DNA of 25,410 bases, from the NCBI GenBank assembly GCA_016880225.1, contig JAEHDT010000197.1:1-25410 (forward strand), given 5' to 3'. Position 1 is the first letter of the stretch. Each line of letters starts with the position of its first letter. Under the pieces are notes generated by a model. The model worked only from the letters and a program-made list of their open reading frames with translations, ran no database searches and was not told where the DNA came from. A program made the translations under genes and the position numbers. Positions 1-8,646 of the stretch are shown piece by piece. The stretch comes from Gemmatimonadota bacterium (GTDB lineage Bacteria > Gemmatimonadota > Gemmatimonadetes > Gemmatimonadales > GWC2-71-9).

Positions 1-372
1 GCCGCTCGATTGCACGGGATCGTGCCGGTGGCCCAGTCCGGGACGGCCGAGTCACCTCCGCCGAGTTCTTCTGCGCTGGAGGAACGCAAAGAAGCGGTCC
101 GCAAAGAGCCGACTGACCCCCGCGCCAGGCTGGAACTCGGCATGGCCTACGCCCAGGCGGAGCAGTACGAATTCGCGATGGCCGAACTGGTGGAGGCGAT
201 CCGCCTCAATCCGGACAACAAAGACAACCTGTCGGCCCGTGCGAATATTCATCTCGGTCATATCCTTCTGGCGATCGATCGCGTCCCACTGGCGATCAAT
301 GCCTTTCGCGAAGCGCTGAGACTCGGCTGGAAAGACACCGGCGTGTACATGGCGTTGGGACAGGCCTACGCC
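1..372 (+). other. Fragment of a tetratricopeptide-repeat protein: open at the window start and losing coding character at ~372
   Basis: Frame +1 gives TPR-like helices: PRARLELGMAYAQAEQYEFAMAELVEAIRLNP, ANIHLGHILLAIDRVPLAINAFREALRLG and VYMALGQAYA. After ~372 the frame becomes low-complexity Gly/Ala/Arg text typical of an off-frame read. Confidence 0.7.
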
Positions 373-769
373 CGGGCCCGCGGAGCAGGCCGCGCCGCCC
401 CCGGAACGGGCGCAGCACCCGGCGCCGCCGTCGCGGCCGCTGCCGACGGCCGACGTCCCCTACAGCTCCGTCGACACGGGCACGATCGCCCCCGGCATGG
501 GAGAGAAGGACGTGTACTCGCTGTGGGGTCCGCCGGCGGACGTGCGGCGTCAGGGGGAATTCACGTATCTGTTCTTCCCCAACGGCTGCGAGCGCACGTG
601 CGGGACGGCCGACGTCGTCATCCTGCAGAACGGGCAGGTCGTGGACGCCGTGCTGCGGTGGCCCGGGCACGGCTACAGCGGCCAGTCGTCGTCGCCCGCG
701 GCCACGCCACCCCACGGTCCCGCCCGCCCCGGCGGCGACACGCTCACCGTGAAACCTTCGACGCCCTGA
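371..769 (+). CDS. 3' portion of a Pro-rich, BamE/SmpA(OmlA)-like envelope protein; the true N-terminus is missing
   Basis: Frame +2 reads PGPAEQAAPPPERAQHPAPPSRPLPTADVPYSSVDTGTIAPGMGEKDVYSLWGPP...TYLFFPNGCERTCGTADVVILQNGQVVDAVLRW. The GMxxxxVxxxxGxP...Y pattern is SmpA-like. An in-frame stop lies at 317-319 and there is no ATG before 497. Confidence 0.55.
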   Translation, partial: PGPAEQAAPPPERAQHPAPPSRPLPTADVPYSSVDTGTIAPGMGEKDVYSLWGPPADVRRQGEFTYLFFPNGCERTCGTADVVILQNGQVVDAVLRWPGHGYSGQSSSPAATPPHGPARPGGDTLTVKPSTP

Positions 770-774
770 GGCCG

Positions 775-1101
775 ATGCCCGACAAGCCGAGCAAGAACGA
801 AGAGGAGTACTTCGCGAGACGGGACGCGGAGCTGTTGCGGCAGCAGCGCGCCAGCGTCCAGAAGGCCGCAGCCGAGGCCGAGCGCCGGTCGCACTACATG
901 AAGTGTCCCAAGTGCGGCTACGATTTGATCACCGGCGAGTGGCAGGGAGTACAAATCGATCAGTGTACCCATTGTCACGGCCTGTGGTTCGACGCGGGTG
1001 AGGCCGAGAGCATCATGGCCCATCCGCACCCCAACGTCATCGCCCGCGTGTTCCGCGCGGTGATGCGCGGCGTCTCCGGAGCGAGGGCGTCCGACGCGTG
1101 A
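775..1101 (+). CDS. zf-TFIIB-type zinc-ribbon protein (108 aa)
   Basis: ATG at 775 follows [17 protein letters not shown]...MKCPKCG...[16 protein letters not shown] contains two CxxC pairs and the GxWxDxGE motif. The stop overlaps the purL start (GTGA). Confidence 0.85.
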   Translation: MPDKPSKNEEEYFARRDAELLRQQRASVQKAAAEAERRSHYMKCPKCGYDLITGEWQGVQIDQCTHCHGLWFDAGEAESIMAHPHPNVIARVFRAVMRGVSGARASDA

Positions 1102-3374
1102 CGCGGGTCGCCCTCGCTCCCACACCGTTCCAAGGCGACCCACCGATCACGCCGCAGCTGGTCCGCGAGCACAACCTCACCGACGCCGAATACGCGCGCA
1201 TCACCGCGCTGCTCGGGCGGACGCCGACGTTCGCCGAGCTGGGGGTGTTTTCCGCCCTGTGGAGCGAGCACTGCTCGTACAAACACTCCCGGCTCGTCCT
1301 GAAAACCTTCCCCACCACGGGAGCCCAGGTGGTCCAGGGGCCGGGCGAGAACGCGGGCGTGCTGCGGCTCCCCGACGGCTGGGCGGTGGCCTTCAAGATC
1401 GAGTCGCACAATCACCCGTCGGCGGTCGAGCCCTATCAAGGCGCGGCGACGGGCGTCGGCGGCATCCTGCGCGACGTCTTCACGATGGGCGCCCGTCCCG
1501 TGGCGCTCCTCAACAGCCTGCGCTTCGGCCCGCTCGACGACGCCCGTAACCGCTACCTGTGCGCGGGCGTGGTGAAGGGCGTTGGCGACTACGGCAACTG
1601 CGTCGGCGTTCCCACGCTGGGCGGCGAAGTGGACTTCGCCTCCGGCTACAGCGGCAACCCGCTCGTCAACGCCATGTGCGTCGGAGTCCTCAAGGAGCGC
1701 GACCTGATCACGGCCGCGGCGCACGGCGTCGGGAACGTGCTGCTGGTGGTGGGATCGCGCACCGGCCGGGACGGCATCCACGGGGCGTCGTTCGCGTCCG
1801 AAGAGCTGACGCACGAGAGCGAGCGGCGGCGGCCGCAGGTTCAGGTGGGCGACCCGTTCACCGAGAAGCTGCTGCTCGAGGCCAGTCTCGAACTGATCGC
1901 TTCCGGTCACATCGTCGCGATCCAGGATATGGGGGCCGCCGGCCTCACGTCGTCCTCGGCCGAGATGGCCGCGCGGGGCGGCGTCGGCGTCGAGATCGAC
2001 CTGTCGCTCGTTCCCACGCGCGAGCCGGGGATGACGCCGTACGAGATCCTCCTGTCCGAGTCGCAGGAGCGCATGCTGGTCGTGGCGAAGGCGGACCGGG
2101 TGGCGGCCTTGCAGGCGATCGCCGCGAAATGGGAGCTCACGGCGACGCCGATCGGCCGCGTGACGGACGACGGTATGTATCGGGCGACGTGGCGGGAGCA
2201 GGTCGTCGTCCTGATCCCGGGCCGGCGGCTGATCGAGGATTGCCCGGTGTACGATCCGGAATCCCGGGAAGACGAAGCGACCATCCGCCTGCGGTCGGCA
2301 CGTCCCGCTGGCTCGGTCCCGCCCCCGGATGCCGGCGAGGCGCTGCTCGCGTTGCTCGATCATCCGCCCGTCGCCTCGAAGCGCTGGGTCTACGAGCAGT
2401 ACGACTCGACGGTGCAGGCGGGCACCGTGATCGGACCGGGCGGCGACGCGGGAGTGATCCGGATTCGGGGCGCCGAGTTCGGGATCGCGGTCACCACGGA
2501 CTGCAATGCGCGCTACGTCCGGCTCGACCCGTACGAAGGAGGCAAGGCCGCCGTGGCGGAGGCCGCGCGTAACATCGCCTGCACCGGCGCGCGGCCGCTC
2601 GGCATCACGGACTGCCTGAACTTCGGCAATCCCGAGCGCCCGGCGGTGTTCCACCAGTTCCGGGAAGCGTGCCGGGGCATCGCCGACGCCTGCCGGGCGC
2701 TCGACACGCCGGTGACGGGCGGGAACGTCTCCTTCTACAACGAGAGTCCGGTGGGCGCCGTGGATCCCACCCCGGTGGTGGGCATGGTCGGGCTGCTGTC
2801 GCACGTGGAGCGCGCCGTGCCGAGCCATGCGCGCGCTCCGGCTGACGTTGTCCTCGTGCTGGGCGAGACGCGGGCCGAGCTGGGCGCATCGCAGCTGTGG
2901 GAGGCGGTGTACCGGTTCGTGGGCGGGCAGCCGCCGCGCGTCGATCTCGAGGCCGAGCGCCGCCTGGTGGACTATCTCGTGACCGCGGCCGGGCGGGGCT
3001 TGCTCCGGTCCGCACACGACTGCTCGCAGGGTGGCCTCGGCGTGGCGCTCGCGGAGGTCGCGATGGGCGGCGCGTACGACGAGACCGGGTTCGGCTTGGA
3101 GATCGACCTCTCGCCATACGCCCCCGGGCTCGCGGCGCTCGACGTGTTGTTCAGCGAATCGCACGGTCGCGCCGTCGTCACCTGCCGCCCCGAGCGCGCT
3201 GCGGCGGTGGCGGCCTTGGCGCAGGAGCTCGGCGTGCCCGCGTGGCGCGTCGGTGTGGTGGGTGAGCGCGGCGACGCGTTCCGAGTGCACCTGCGCGACG
3301 CGCTCGTGGAGCACCCCGTGGACCGGCTGCGCCAGGTATATTTCTCGAGTCTCGCGCGACGCATGGGAGATTGA
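1098..3374 (+). CDS. purL: Phosphoribosylformylglycinamidine synthase subunit PurL (small type)
   Basis: Motifs [64 protein letters not shown] and [10 protein letters not shown]; 758 aa. Confidence 0.98.
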   Translation: MTRVALAPTPFQGDPPITPQLVREHNLTDAEYARITALLGRTPTFAELGVFSALWSEHCSYKHSRLVLKTFPTTGAQVVQGPGENAGVLRLPDGWAVAFKIESHNHPSAVEPYQGAATGVGGILRDVFTMGARPVALLNSLRFGPLDDARNRYLCAGVVKGVGDYGNCVGVPTLGGEVDFASGYSGNPLVNAMCVGVLKERDLITAAAHGVGNVLLVVGSRTGRDGIHGASFASEELTHESERRRPQVQVGDPFTEKLLLEASLELIASGHIVAIQDMGAAGLTSSSAEMAARGGVGVEIDLSLVPTREPGMTPYEILLSESQERMLVVAKADRVAALQAIAAKWELTATPIGRVTDDGMYRATWREQVVVLIPGRRLIEDCPVYDPESREDEATIRLRSARPAGSVPPPDAGEALLALLDHPPVASKRWVYEQYDSTVQAGTVIGPGGDAGVIRIRGAEFGIAVTTDCNARYVRLDPYEGGKAAVAEAARNIACTGARPLGITDCLNFGNPERPAVFHQFREACRGIADACRALDTPVTGGNVSFYNESPVGAVDPTPVVGMVGLLSHVERAVPSHARAPADVVLVLGETRAELGASQLWEAVYRFVGGQPPRVDLEAERRLVDYLVTAAGRGLLRSAHDCSQGGLGVALAEVAMGGAYDETGFGLEIDLSPYAPGLAALDVLFSESHGRAVVTCRPERAAAVAALAQELGVPAWRVGVVGERGDAFRVHLRDALVEHPVDRLRQVYFSSLARRMGD

Positions 3375-3381
3375 CGGACCA

Positions 3382-4782
3382 ATGTGCGGCATCATCGGTG
3401 TCACCGGCGTCCCCGACGCAGCCCGCGTCGCCTATCTCGGCTTGTACAGCCTGCAGCATCGCGGCCAGGAGTCAGCGGGCATCGTCGCCGCCGACGGCGC
3501 CGGCGTAGCGCGATCGCATCGCGGGATGGGCCTCGTTTCGGACATCTTCAACGAGCACGTGCTGAGCGAGCTGCCCGGAGACGTCGCGATCGGCCACACG
3601 CGCTACTCCACGGCGGGCAGCTCGGTCCTCGCCAACGCCCAGCCGATGCTCGCGCGCTACCGCGAGGGCCCCCTCGCCCTGGCGCACAACGGCAACCTCA
3701 CCAACGCGGGCCAGCTGCGGTCGGATCTCGTCGCCAAAGGCTCCCTGTTCCAGAGCTCCTCGGACAGCGAGGTGCTAGTGCACCTGATCGCCCGCTCCGA
3801 AGCACGCGAGCCGGAGGACCAGCTGCTCGACGCCCTCGAGCGCGTGGAGGGCGCCTATTCGCTCCTCATCACCATCGGCCGCACGCTGTACGCCATCGTG
3901 GATCCGCGGGGCTTCCGGCCCCTGGTCCTGGGCCGGCTGGGGCGCGGTTGGGTGGTGGCGTCCGAAACGTGTGCCCTCGACATCACCGGCGCGACTCTGG
4001 TGCGGGAGCTCGAGCCCGGCGATTTCATCCGCCTCCACGGGGAGGACATGGACTCGCTGCCCCGGCTCCCTACGCGCCCGCACCACCGCTGCGTGTTCGA
4101 GCTCGTTTACTTCTCTCGCCCCGACAGCACCGTGTTTCACCGCTCGGTGGACGGAGTGCGCCGGGCGCTGGGCCGCGAGCTCGCGCGCGAGCACCCGGCC
4201 CCAGGCGCCGACTGCGTGTTTTCGGTGCCCGACTCGTCCAACGCGATGGCGCTGGGCTTCTCGGAGCAATCCGGCGTGAAGCTCGAGCACGCGCTCATCC
4301 GCAATCACTACGTCGGCCGCACCTTCATCCATCCCGCCCAGGCGGGGCGCATGGCGAAGGTCAAGATCAAGTTCAACCCGGTGCGCGAAGTATTACGGGG
4401 CAAGAAGGTCGTCGTGGTGGACGACTCGATCGTCCGCGGCACGACGAGCCGGGCGCTGGTGCAGCTGATCCGCCAGGCCGGTGCCGCGGAGGTTCACTTC
4501 CGCGTCGCGTCCCCGCCGATCACCGGCCCGTGCTACTACGGCATCGACACGCCCACAAAGGGCGAGCTGATCGGGTCGAGCCACGATGTCGTGCAGATCC
4601 GCGAGCACTTGGGCGTGGACAGTCTTGGGTATCTCTCGCTCGACGGCATGCTCCGGGCCGCGGGCGGCGATCCCGCCGAGTTCTGTCACGCCTGCTTCTC
4701 GGGCGACTATCCCACGCAGATTCCGGACGACGATCTCGCGAGGGCGCGGCACGCCGCCCCCCTGCACCCGCTCGTAGTCTGA
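3382..4782 (+). CDS. purF: Amidophosphoribosyltransferase (Fe-S type)
   Basis: The real start is ATG 3382 (MCGIIG, Ntn nucleophile Cys). Motifs LQHRGQESAG, GHTRYST, AHNGNLTN and VDDSIVRGTT are present, with Fe-S-type cysteines in RCVFE, PCYYGID and FCHAC. Confidence 0.98.
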   Translation: MCGIIGVTGVPDAARVAYLGLYSLQHRGQESAGIVAADGAGVARSHRGMGLVSDIFNEHVLSELPGDVAIGHTRYSTAGSSVLANAQPMLARYREGPLALAHNGNLTNAGQLRSDLVAKGSLFQSSSDSEVLVHLIARSEAREPEDQLLDALERVEGAYSLLITIGRTLYAIVDPRGFRPLVLGRLGRGWVVASETCALDITGATLVRELEPGDFIRLHGEDMDSLPRLPTRPHHRCVFELVYFSRPDSTVFHRSVDGVRRALGRELAREHPAPGADCVFSVPDSSNAMALGFSEQSGVKLEHALIRNHYVGRTFIHPAQAGRMAKVKIKFNPVREVLRGKKVVVVDDSIVRGTTSRALVQLIRQAGAAEVHFRVASPPITGPCYYGIDTPTKGELIGSSHDVVQIREHLGVDSLGYLSLDGMLRAAGGDPAEFCHACFSGDYPTQIPDDDLARARHAAPLHPLVV

Positions 4783-4789
4783 TCCGCCG

Positions 4790-7459
4790 GTGCCGGCGCT
4801 CGAGCGGTGGGTGTACTTCTTCGGGCCCGGCCGGGCCGACGGCTCCGCCGCCATGCGCGACATCCTCGGCGGCAAGGGTGCCGGGCTCGCCGAGATGGCG
4901 AACCTGGGTCTGCCGGTGCCGCCCGGGTTCACGATCTCGGCGAAACTGTGCATCGCCTACCTCGAGCACGGCACCTTCCCCGACGAGCTGCGTGAGGAGG
5001 TGGACCGTCACCTGAAGCAACTCGAGCAGGCGACGAAGAAGCGGTTCGGCGACGCCCGCAACCCCCTGCTCGTGTCGGTTCGCTCCGGCGCCGCCGTCTC
5101 GATGCCCGGGATGATGGAGACGATCCTGAACCTCGGGCTGAACGACCAGACCGTGCAGGGGCTCGTCAGCGGCTCGAAGAATCCCCGGTTCGCGTTCGAC
5201 TCCTACCGGCGGTTCGTCCAGATGTACGGCGACGTGGTGTTCGACCTCGGCAAGGACCCGTTCGAGGAGGTGCTGGCCGAGGCGAAAGCGCGGCGACGGG
5301 TGCAGCGCGATATCGACCTGCCGGTGGACGACCTGCAGGCCCTGGTGCGGGAATTCAAGTCCATCATCCAGGCCAAGTCAGGCCTCCCCTTCCCCGAAGA
5401 GCCGTCGGCCCAGCTGTGGGGCGCCATCGAGGCCGTCTTCAAGAGCTGGCGGACGCGCCGGGCGGCCGACTACCGCCGGGTCCACGGCATTCCGGACGAC
5501 CTGGGGACCGCCGTCAACGTGGTGGCCATGGTCTACGGCAACATGGGCGACGACTGCGGGACCGGCGTCGCCTTCACGCGCGACTGCCGCACCGGCGAGG
5601 CCGTGCTGAACGGGGACTTCCTCACGAACGCCCAGGGCGAGGACGTCGTCTCCGGCGCCCGCACGCCCGAGCCCATCGCGCGCATGAAGCGCGGCAAGTT
5701 CGCCAAGGTGTACCGCGAGCTCGAGCGCATCGCGGCCAAGCTGGAGCGGCACTTCAAGGACGTTCAGGACATCGAATTCACGTTCGAGCACGGCCGGCTG
5801 TACATGCTGCAGACCCGGCGCGCGCAGCGCACCGGCCTGGCGGCGGTGCGGATCGCGGTGGAGATGGTCGCCGAGCGCCGCATTACGGAGGACGAGGCGG
5901 TGCAGCGCGTACCACCGCAGGACCTGGACCAAGTGTTCCATCCGATGGTGGACCCCCGGGCCGCGGTGACCCTCGTGGCGAAAGGCCTGCCCGCGTCCCC
6001 CGGCGCCGCCATAGGCGAGGCGGTATTCGACGCGGACGAGGCCGAAACCCTCGCCAAGCGTGGCCGCCCGGTGATCCTGGTGCGTCCCGAGACGAGCCCG
6101 GAGGACTTCCACGGCATCGTGGCCGCAAAGGCCGTCCTCACCGCACGGGGCGGCATGACCAGCCATGCCGCGATCGTGGCCCGCGGCATGGGCAAGACCT
6201 GCGTGGTGGGAGCGACGGAGATCGAGGTGGATCTAAGGACGGGCGGCGGTCGGTTCCGCGCCAACGGCCGCGTCGTGAAGAAGGGCCAGGTCATCACGGT
6301 GGACGGCACCACCGGCCGGGTGCTGCTCGGCGCCGTGAAGCTGGTGGAGCCCAAGCTGGGCGCGCACTACGCGAAGCTGATGGCCTGGGCCGACGCCCGC
6401 CGCCGCCTGCGCGTGCGCGCCAACGCCGACACCCCCGCCGACGCGGCGCGGGCCCGCGAGCTCGGCGCCGAGGGGATCGGCCTGTGCCGCACGGAGCACA
6501 TGTTCTTTCAGGGCGACCGGATCACGGCGATGCGCGAGATGATCGTCGCGCCCGACGCCGGCGGGCGGCGCCGCGCGCTCGCGAAGCTGCTCCCGATGCA
6601 ACGCGCCGACTTCGAGGGGATGTTCGAGGCGATGGCCGGCTACCCCGTCACGATCCGGCTGCTCGATCCGCCGCTCCACGAGTTCCTGCCACACACCCGC
6701 GATGAGCTCGCGACCCTGGCGCGCGCCATGAAGCGGCCGGCCACGGAGCTGCAGCGCCTGGTCGCGTCGCTCACGGAGGCCAACCCGATGCTCGGCCATC
6801 GCGGCTGCCGCCTGGGCATCACTTATCCCGAGATCACCGAGATGCAGGCGCGGGCGATCTTCGAGGCGGCCTGCCGCGTGGTGGGGCGCGGCAAGAAAGT
6901 CACGGTGGAAGTGATGATTCCGCTCGTGGCCATCGTGGAAGAGCTGCGGCACCAGACCGAGATCGTGCGGCGGGTGGCGCGGGAGGTGTTTCAGGCCGAG
7001 GGACGGGCGGTGCCGTACATGGTAGGCACGATGATCGAGCTGCCGCGCGCGGCGCTTTGCGCCGACGAGATCGCCCGCCAGGCGGAGTTCTTCTCCTTCG
7101 GGACCAACGACCTCACCCAGACCACGTTCGGACTGTCGCGCGACGACGCCGGACGGTTCCTGCCGTATTACGTGGAGCACGGCATCCTGAAAGACGACCC
7201 CTTCCAGGTTCTGGACCAGGAGGGGGTCGGGAAGCTCGTCGAGCTGGCGGTCCGGCTGGGCCGGGGCAGCCGTCACGACTTGAAGACCGGTATCTGCGGC
7301 GAGCACGGCGGCGAGCCCGCATCGGTGAAGTTCTGCCACCGCGCGGGCTTGAATTACGTGTCGTGCTCCCCGTTCCGGGTCCCCATCGCCCGCCTCGCCG
7401 CGGCCCAGGCCGCGCTCGAGGAGCAGGGCGTAATCAACCGGACCAAGGCGACCGTCTAG
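4790..7459 (+). CDS. ppdK: Pyruvate, phosphate dikinase
   Basis: Motifs LGGKGAGLAEM, VSVRSGA, NAQGEDVVSG, GGMTSHAA (phospho-His with regulatory Thr), GLCRTEHMF, FSFGTNDLTQ and GICGEHGG; 889 aa. Confidence 0.98.
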   Translation: MPALERWVYFFGPGRADGSAAMRDILGGKGAGLAEMANLGLPVPPGFTISAKLCIAYLEHGTFPDELREEVDRHLKQLEQATKKRFGDARNPLLVSVRSGAAVSMPGMMETILNLGLNDQTVQGLVSGSKNPRFAFDSYRRFVQMYGDVVFDLGKDPFEEVLAEAKARRRVQRDIDLPVDDLQALVREFKSIIQAKSGLPFPEEPSAQLWGAIEAVFKSWRTRRAADYRRVHGIPDDLGTAVNVVAMVYGNMGDDCGTGVAFTRDCRTGEAVLNGDFLTNAQGEDVVSGARTPEPIARMKRGKFAKVYRELERIAAKLERHFKDVQDIEFTFEHGRLYMLQTRRAQRTGLAAVRIAVEMVAERRITEDEAVQRVPPQDLDQVFHPMVDPRAAVTLVAKGLPASPGAAIGEAVFDADEAETLAKRGRPVILVRPETSPEDFHGIVAAKAVLTARGGMTSHAAIVARGMGKTCVVGATEIEVDLRTGGGRFRANGRVVKKGQVITVDGTTGRVLLGAVKLVEPKLGAHYAKLMAWADARRRLRVRANADTPADAARARELGAEGIGLCRTEHMFFQGDRITAMREMIVAPDAGGRRRALAKLLPMQRADFEGMFEAMAGYPVTIRLLDPPLHEFLPHTRDELATLARAMKRPATELQRLVASLTEANPMLGHRGCRLGITYPEITEMQARAIFEAACRVVGRGKKVTVEVMIPLVAIVEELRHQTEIVRRVAREVFQAEGRAVPYMVGTMIELPRAALCADEIARQAEFFSFGTNDLTQTTFGLSRDDAGRFLPYYVEHGILKDDPFQVLDQEGVGKLVELAVRLGRGSRHDLKTGICGEHGGEPASVKFCHRAGLNYVSCSPFRVPIARLAAAQAALEEQGVINRTKATV

Positions 7460-8139
7460 CGATTCCCGGGGCCGAGCATCGCGAGGCTCGCACCCACGAT
7501 CAGCATGACCACGAACGCCGCCGCCGCGATCGCGTAGCCGGTGCTCCGCGGCAGCCGGTGGGTGACCGACACGCCGATTCCGGTAAGCCAGTACCCGACG
7601 ATCGAGAACGGATTCACGCCCTTCAGGAGTCCCCCGACGAACCCCTTTGTCTCGGGGGCCAGCAGGTCGAGCCCCAGCGCGGGCTGCAGGTCCGCCGGGG
7701 ACTGAATATTCTCTGCGCCGCGGACGACCAGCACGAGCAGCGTCACCAGCAGCTGCAGGCCGAACGTGATGCTGCTGTAGGTCACCACGCTCAACAGCGT
7801 CCCGAATTTCCCCTCGCCCCCGAAGAGCGACGCCATCACCCACACCACGGCGGTTCCGATGAGCAACAGAAGGATGAGGATGATCGGCTGGGCCACGACG
7901 CCGAGATACGCAAACGCACCGGCGTTCGGGGGCGCGCCGGTGGCCCCCCGCGCCTGCATCGCCTGGGCCATGGCGGCTTCCATGACAGGCCGCGTGTAGG
8001 GCAGCATCAGCAGCGCGATCACCACTTGTAGAACTGCCAGCGCGACGTACGGCGCGAGAAACCGCGGTCGCTCGCGCACGCGCTCGAAGACCGCTGTCGG
8101 CTCGAACAGCACCATGACCAGGTCGAAGACCGCTCCCAT
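7456..8139 (-). CDS. YIP1-family membrane protein (227 aa)
   Basis: ATG at 8139 has GGAGG upstream. The protein begins MGAVFDLVMVLFEPTAVFERVRERP, has about five hydrophobic helices and contains NPFSIVGYWLTGIG. Its stop shares CTAG with the ppdK stop. Confidence 0.85.
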   Translation of the reverse strand: MGAVFDLVMVLFEPTAVFERVRERPRFLAPYVALAVLQVVIALLMLPYTRPVMEAAMAQAMQARGATGAPPNAGAFAYLGVVAQPIILILLLLIGTAVVWVMASLFGGEGKFGTLLSVVTYSSITFGLQLLVTLLVLVVRGAENIQSPADLQPALGLDLLAPETKGFVGGLLKGVNPFSIVGYWLTGIGVSVTHRLPRSTGYAIAAAAFVVMLIVGASLAMLGPGNR

Positions 8140-8176
8140 GTAGCCTCCGCGCAGAGGTGGAGTCTCGAGGGCGGTG

Positions 8177-8185
8177 ATGTTAACA
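8177..8185 (-). promoter_or_regulatory. Possible extended -10 element (TG-T-TAACAT) for the YIP1 gene
   Basis: The minus strand reads TGTTAACAT about 37 nt upstream of ATG 8139. No clear -35 is present. Confidence 0.35.
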
Positions 8186-8186
8186 C

Positions 8187-8236
8187 CAAAAACGAGAAAC
8201 GGGAAACGAGACGCCGTCTCGCTTCCCGTTTCCCGT
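8187..8236 (-). terminator. Intrinsic terminator of ssrA
   Basis: A 21-bp inverted repeat spans 8192-8236 with a 3-nt loop. The two A/C mismatches on the + strand become G-U pairs on the - strand, and TTTTT follows on the - strand. Confidence 0.85.
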
Positions 8237-8249
8237 CTGTCTTGCCCGA

Positions 8250-8605
8250 TGGAGGCGCGGGGAATCGAACCCCGGTCCGAGAATGACTCCGATACCGCCA
8301 CTACGTGCGTAGGCGACGCTTATTGGTCTCACCACCGCGGCGCCTCGCCGGCCACGGCGGCAACGAGCCCTTGAACGCTCTTACGCGATCCGTTCAGGCC
8401 CCGGATCACGCCAGCCCGATATTGCGATACGTGAGCGCCGCCTCAGGCGGGCTGCCACTCACGCAGGTGCGTGAAGCCGAAGCTTACGCAGCCAGTGCCA
8501 GGTTTGAATTGGCAGTTATGAAGTTTGCCAGTGGTTTTACCAGGTGACTGACGACCTGGGCACGCAGCGACACCCTCGCCAAACCCGTCGAAGCCTGTCG
8601 CCCCC
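8250..8605 (-). ncRNA. ssrA: tmRNA (transfer-messenger RNA), ~356 nt
   Basis: The 5' end GGGGGCG pairs with the 3' end CGCCUCC-A and includes the G3-U alanine determinant. The T arm reads GGUUCGAUUCCC. The internal tag ORF follows AUAACU. CCA is not encoded. Confidence 0.97.
8484..8513 (-). CDS. tmRNA proteolysis tag (A)ANSNLALAA
   Basis: GCC AAT TCA AAC CTG GCA CTG GCT GCG TAA; canonical C-terminal LAA degron. Confidence 0.95.
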   Translation of the reverse strand, partial: ANSNLALAA

Positions 8606-8613
8606 GTGAGGGA

Positions 8614-8642
8614 AAGTTAGTCGCCTCCCGGGGGCTTTTCAA
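8614..8642 (-). promoter_or_regulatory. Sigma70-type promoter of ssrA
   Basis: The minus strand has -35 TTGAAA (8642-8637), a 17-nt spacer and -10 TAACTT (8619-8614), ending 8 nt before the mature 5' end. Confidence 0.85.
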
Positions 8643-8646
8643 CGGT

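Noticed and set aside
10-1101. 363-aa ORF as a single TPR + Zn-ribbon protein
   Set aside because: The middle (~372-774) is off-frame low-complexity text overlying the real frame +2 gene. The Zn-ribbon gene has its own SD and ATG at 775.
3031-3381. N-terminal extension of PurF in the ORF track
   Set aside because: It overlaps purL, and PurF needs Cys as the first residue after Met removal (or propeptide cleavage), so the start is 3382.
975-3404. 809-aa antisense ORF and the many other long overlapping ORFs (e.g. 3384-5015, 6233-7843, 13669-14985, 15475-17247)
   Set aside because: These are shadow ORFs expected at ~70% GC. They are Arg/Gly/Pro-rich, lack motifs and overlap well-supported genes.
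8250-8285. ssrA 3' end as an attachment site for an integrated element
   Set aside because: I found no duplicate of the 3' end and no integrase in the window. The 3' flank is terminator, YIP1 and core genes.
8140-8301. N-terminal extension of the YIP1 ORF
   Set aside because: It runs through the tmRNA 3' end and terminator. ATG 8139 has a good SD.
8622-8640. Small hairpin GCCTC-CCG-GGGGC followed by TTTT on the + strand
   Set aside because: It lies in the ssrA promoter spacer with no + strand gene to terminate. The T run belongs to the -35 element.
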